Origin: Raillietiella orientalis | Lineage: Eukaryota | Reading direction: 5' to 3' | DNA length: 64,000 nt | NCBI GenBank assembly: GCA_036172245.1 | Contig: JAYWIR010000001.1 | Location: 9,052,001 to 9,116,000, forward strand | In this document: positions 63,546 through 64,000 of the stretch, one piece after another | Layout of the letters: each line of letters starts with the position of its first letter | Position numbering within the stretch: the first letter of the stretch is position 1 | Program-made: the position numbers and the translations under genes | Notes under the pieces: generated by a model | What the model was told of the DNA's origin: nothing | The model's input: only the letters and a program-made list of their open reading frames with translations | The model's database searches: none

Positions 63546-64000
63546 CGTATCTTATGTATCCTTATTCTGCTGCTGCTTCCAGGAGTCCCCCCTTCTTTAT
63601 TCTCAAGGGGTGCTCGGCAACACTCGATGTGCATCCCATACAGGACGCCGCACGCCTCTTCCTACCTAGGAGAACCTACCTACCTCTCCCTAGCCTTTCG
63701 CACGGACAATATTATAGCCGAGGAGGGTGACCGAGGTGTAATTATTGCTAGTTGAAAACTTCATCTAGGAGAACCGCCCGAGGTCTTTCAGTAGTCCGGC
63801 GCGGGTGCTCATGCAGGCGCCGGAGGCTGCGGTCTTCCGACCTGATCCTTCCTTCCGTCTTCTTCTTCCTTGCTGCTGCTACTCCTCCCTCCTAGCCACT
63901 GACGCATCGGCGGACAAGAAAGCGCGCTACCTAGTTTCTTTTTCCCTGCGGCAAACTCTTTCCAAGGATTCGTTGCGAGCGCAGACCCTGTTCCTCCCTC

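Overview
Eukaryotic, almost certainly invertebrate animal, nuclear DNA. Evidence: a spliced gene with three 53-58 nt introns, an animal-type mitochondrial 16S fragment, and metazoan-type retroelements. Only one intact host gene is supportable: a 6-exon, 331-aa cathepsin L-like papain-family (C1A) protease at 42573-45485 (+). The rest is a transposon graveyard. It holds five copies of an ~0.8-kb tRNA-headed SINE-like repeat, at least eight fragments of an L1/Tx1-like (zf-RVT) LINE family, a Utopia/NeSL-like RLE retrotransposon, and heavily decayed BEL/Pao, CR1-like, RTE-like and probable Polinton/Maverick remnants. The most interesting signal is that three SINE copies carry an antisense LINE 3' fragment at the same site (GCGGCACTG, duplicated as a TSD in two copies) with three different 5' ends, while two copies show the empty site. 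This suggests a LINE lineage that targets a SINE, or an amplified SINE-LINE chimera. One of these LINE fragments is interrupted by a 316-bp NUMT of mitochondrial 16S rRNA. All decayed-TE calls come from by-eye motif recognition and have approximate boundaries. Most ORFs in the supplied track are GC-driven artefacts.
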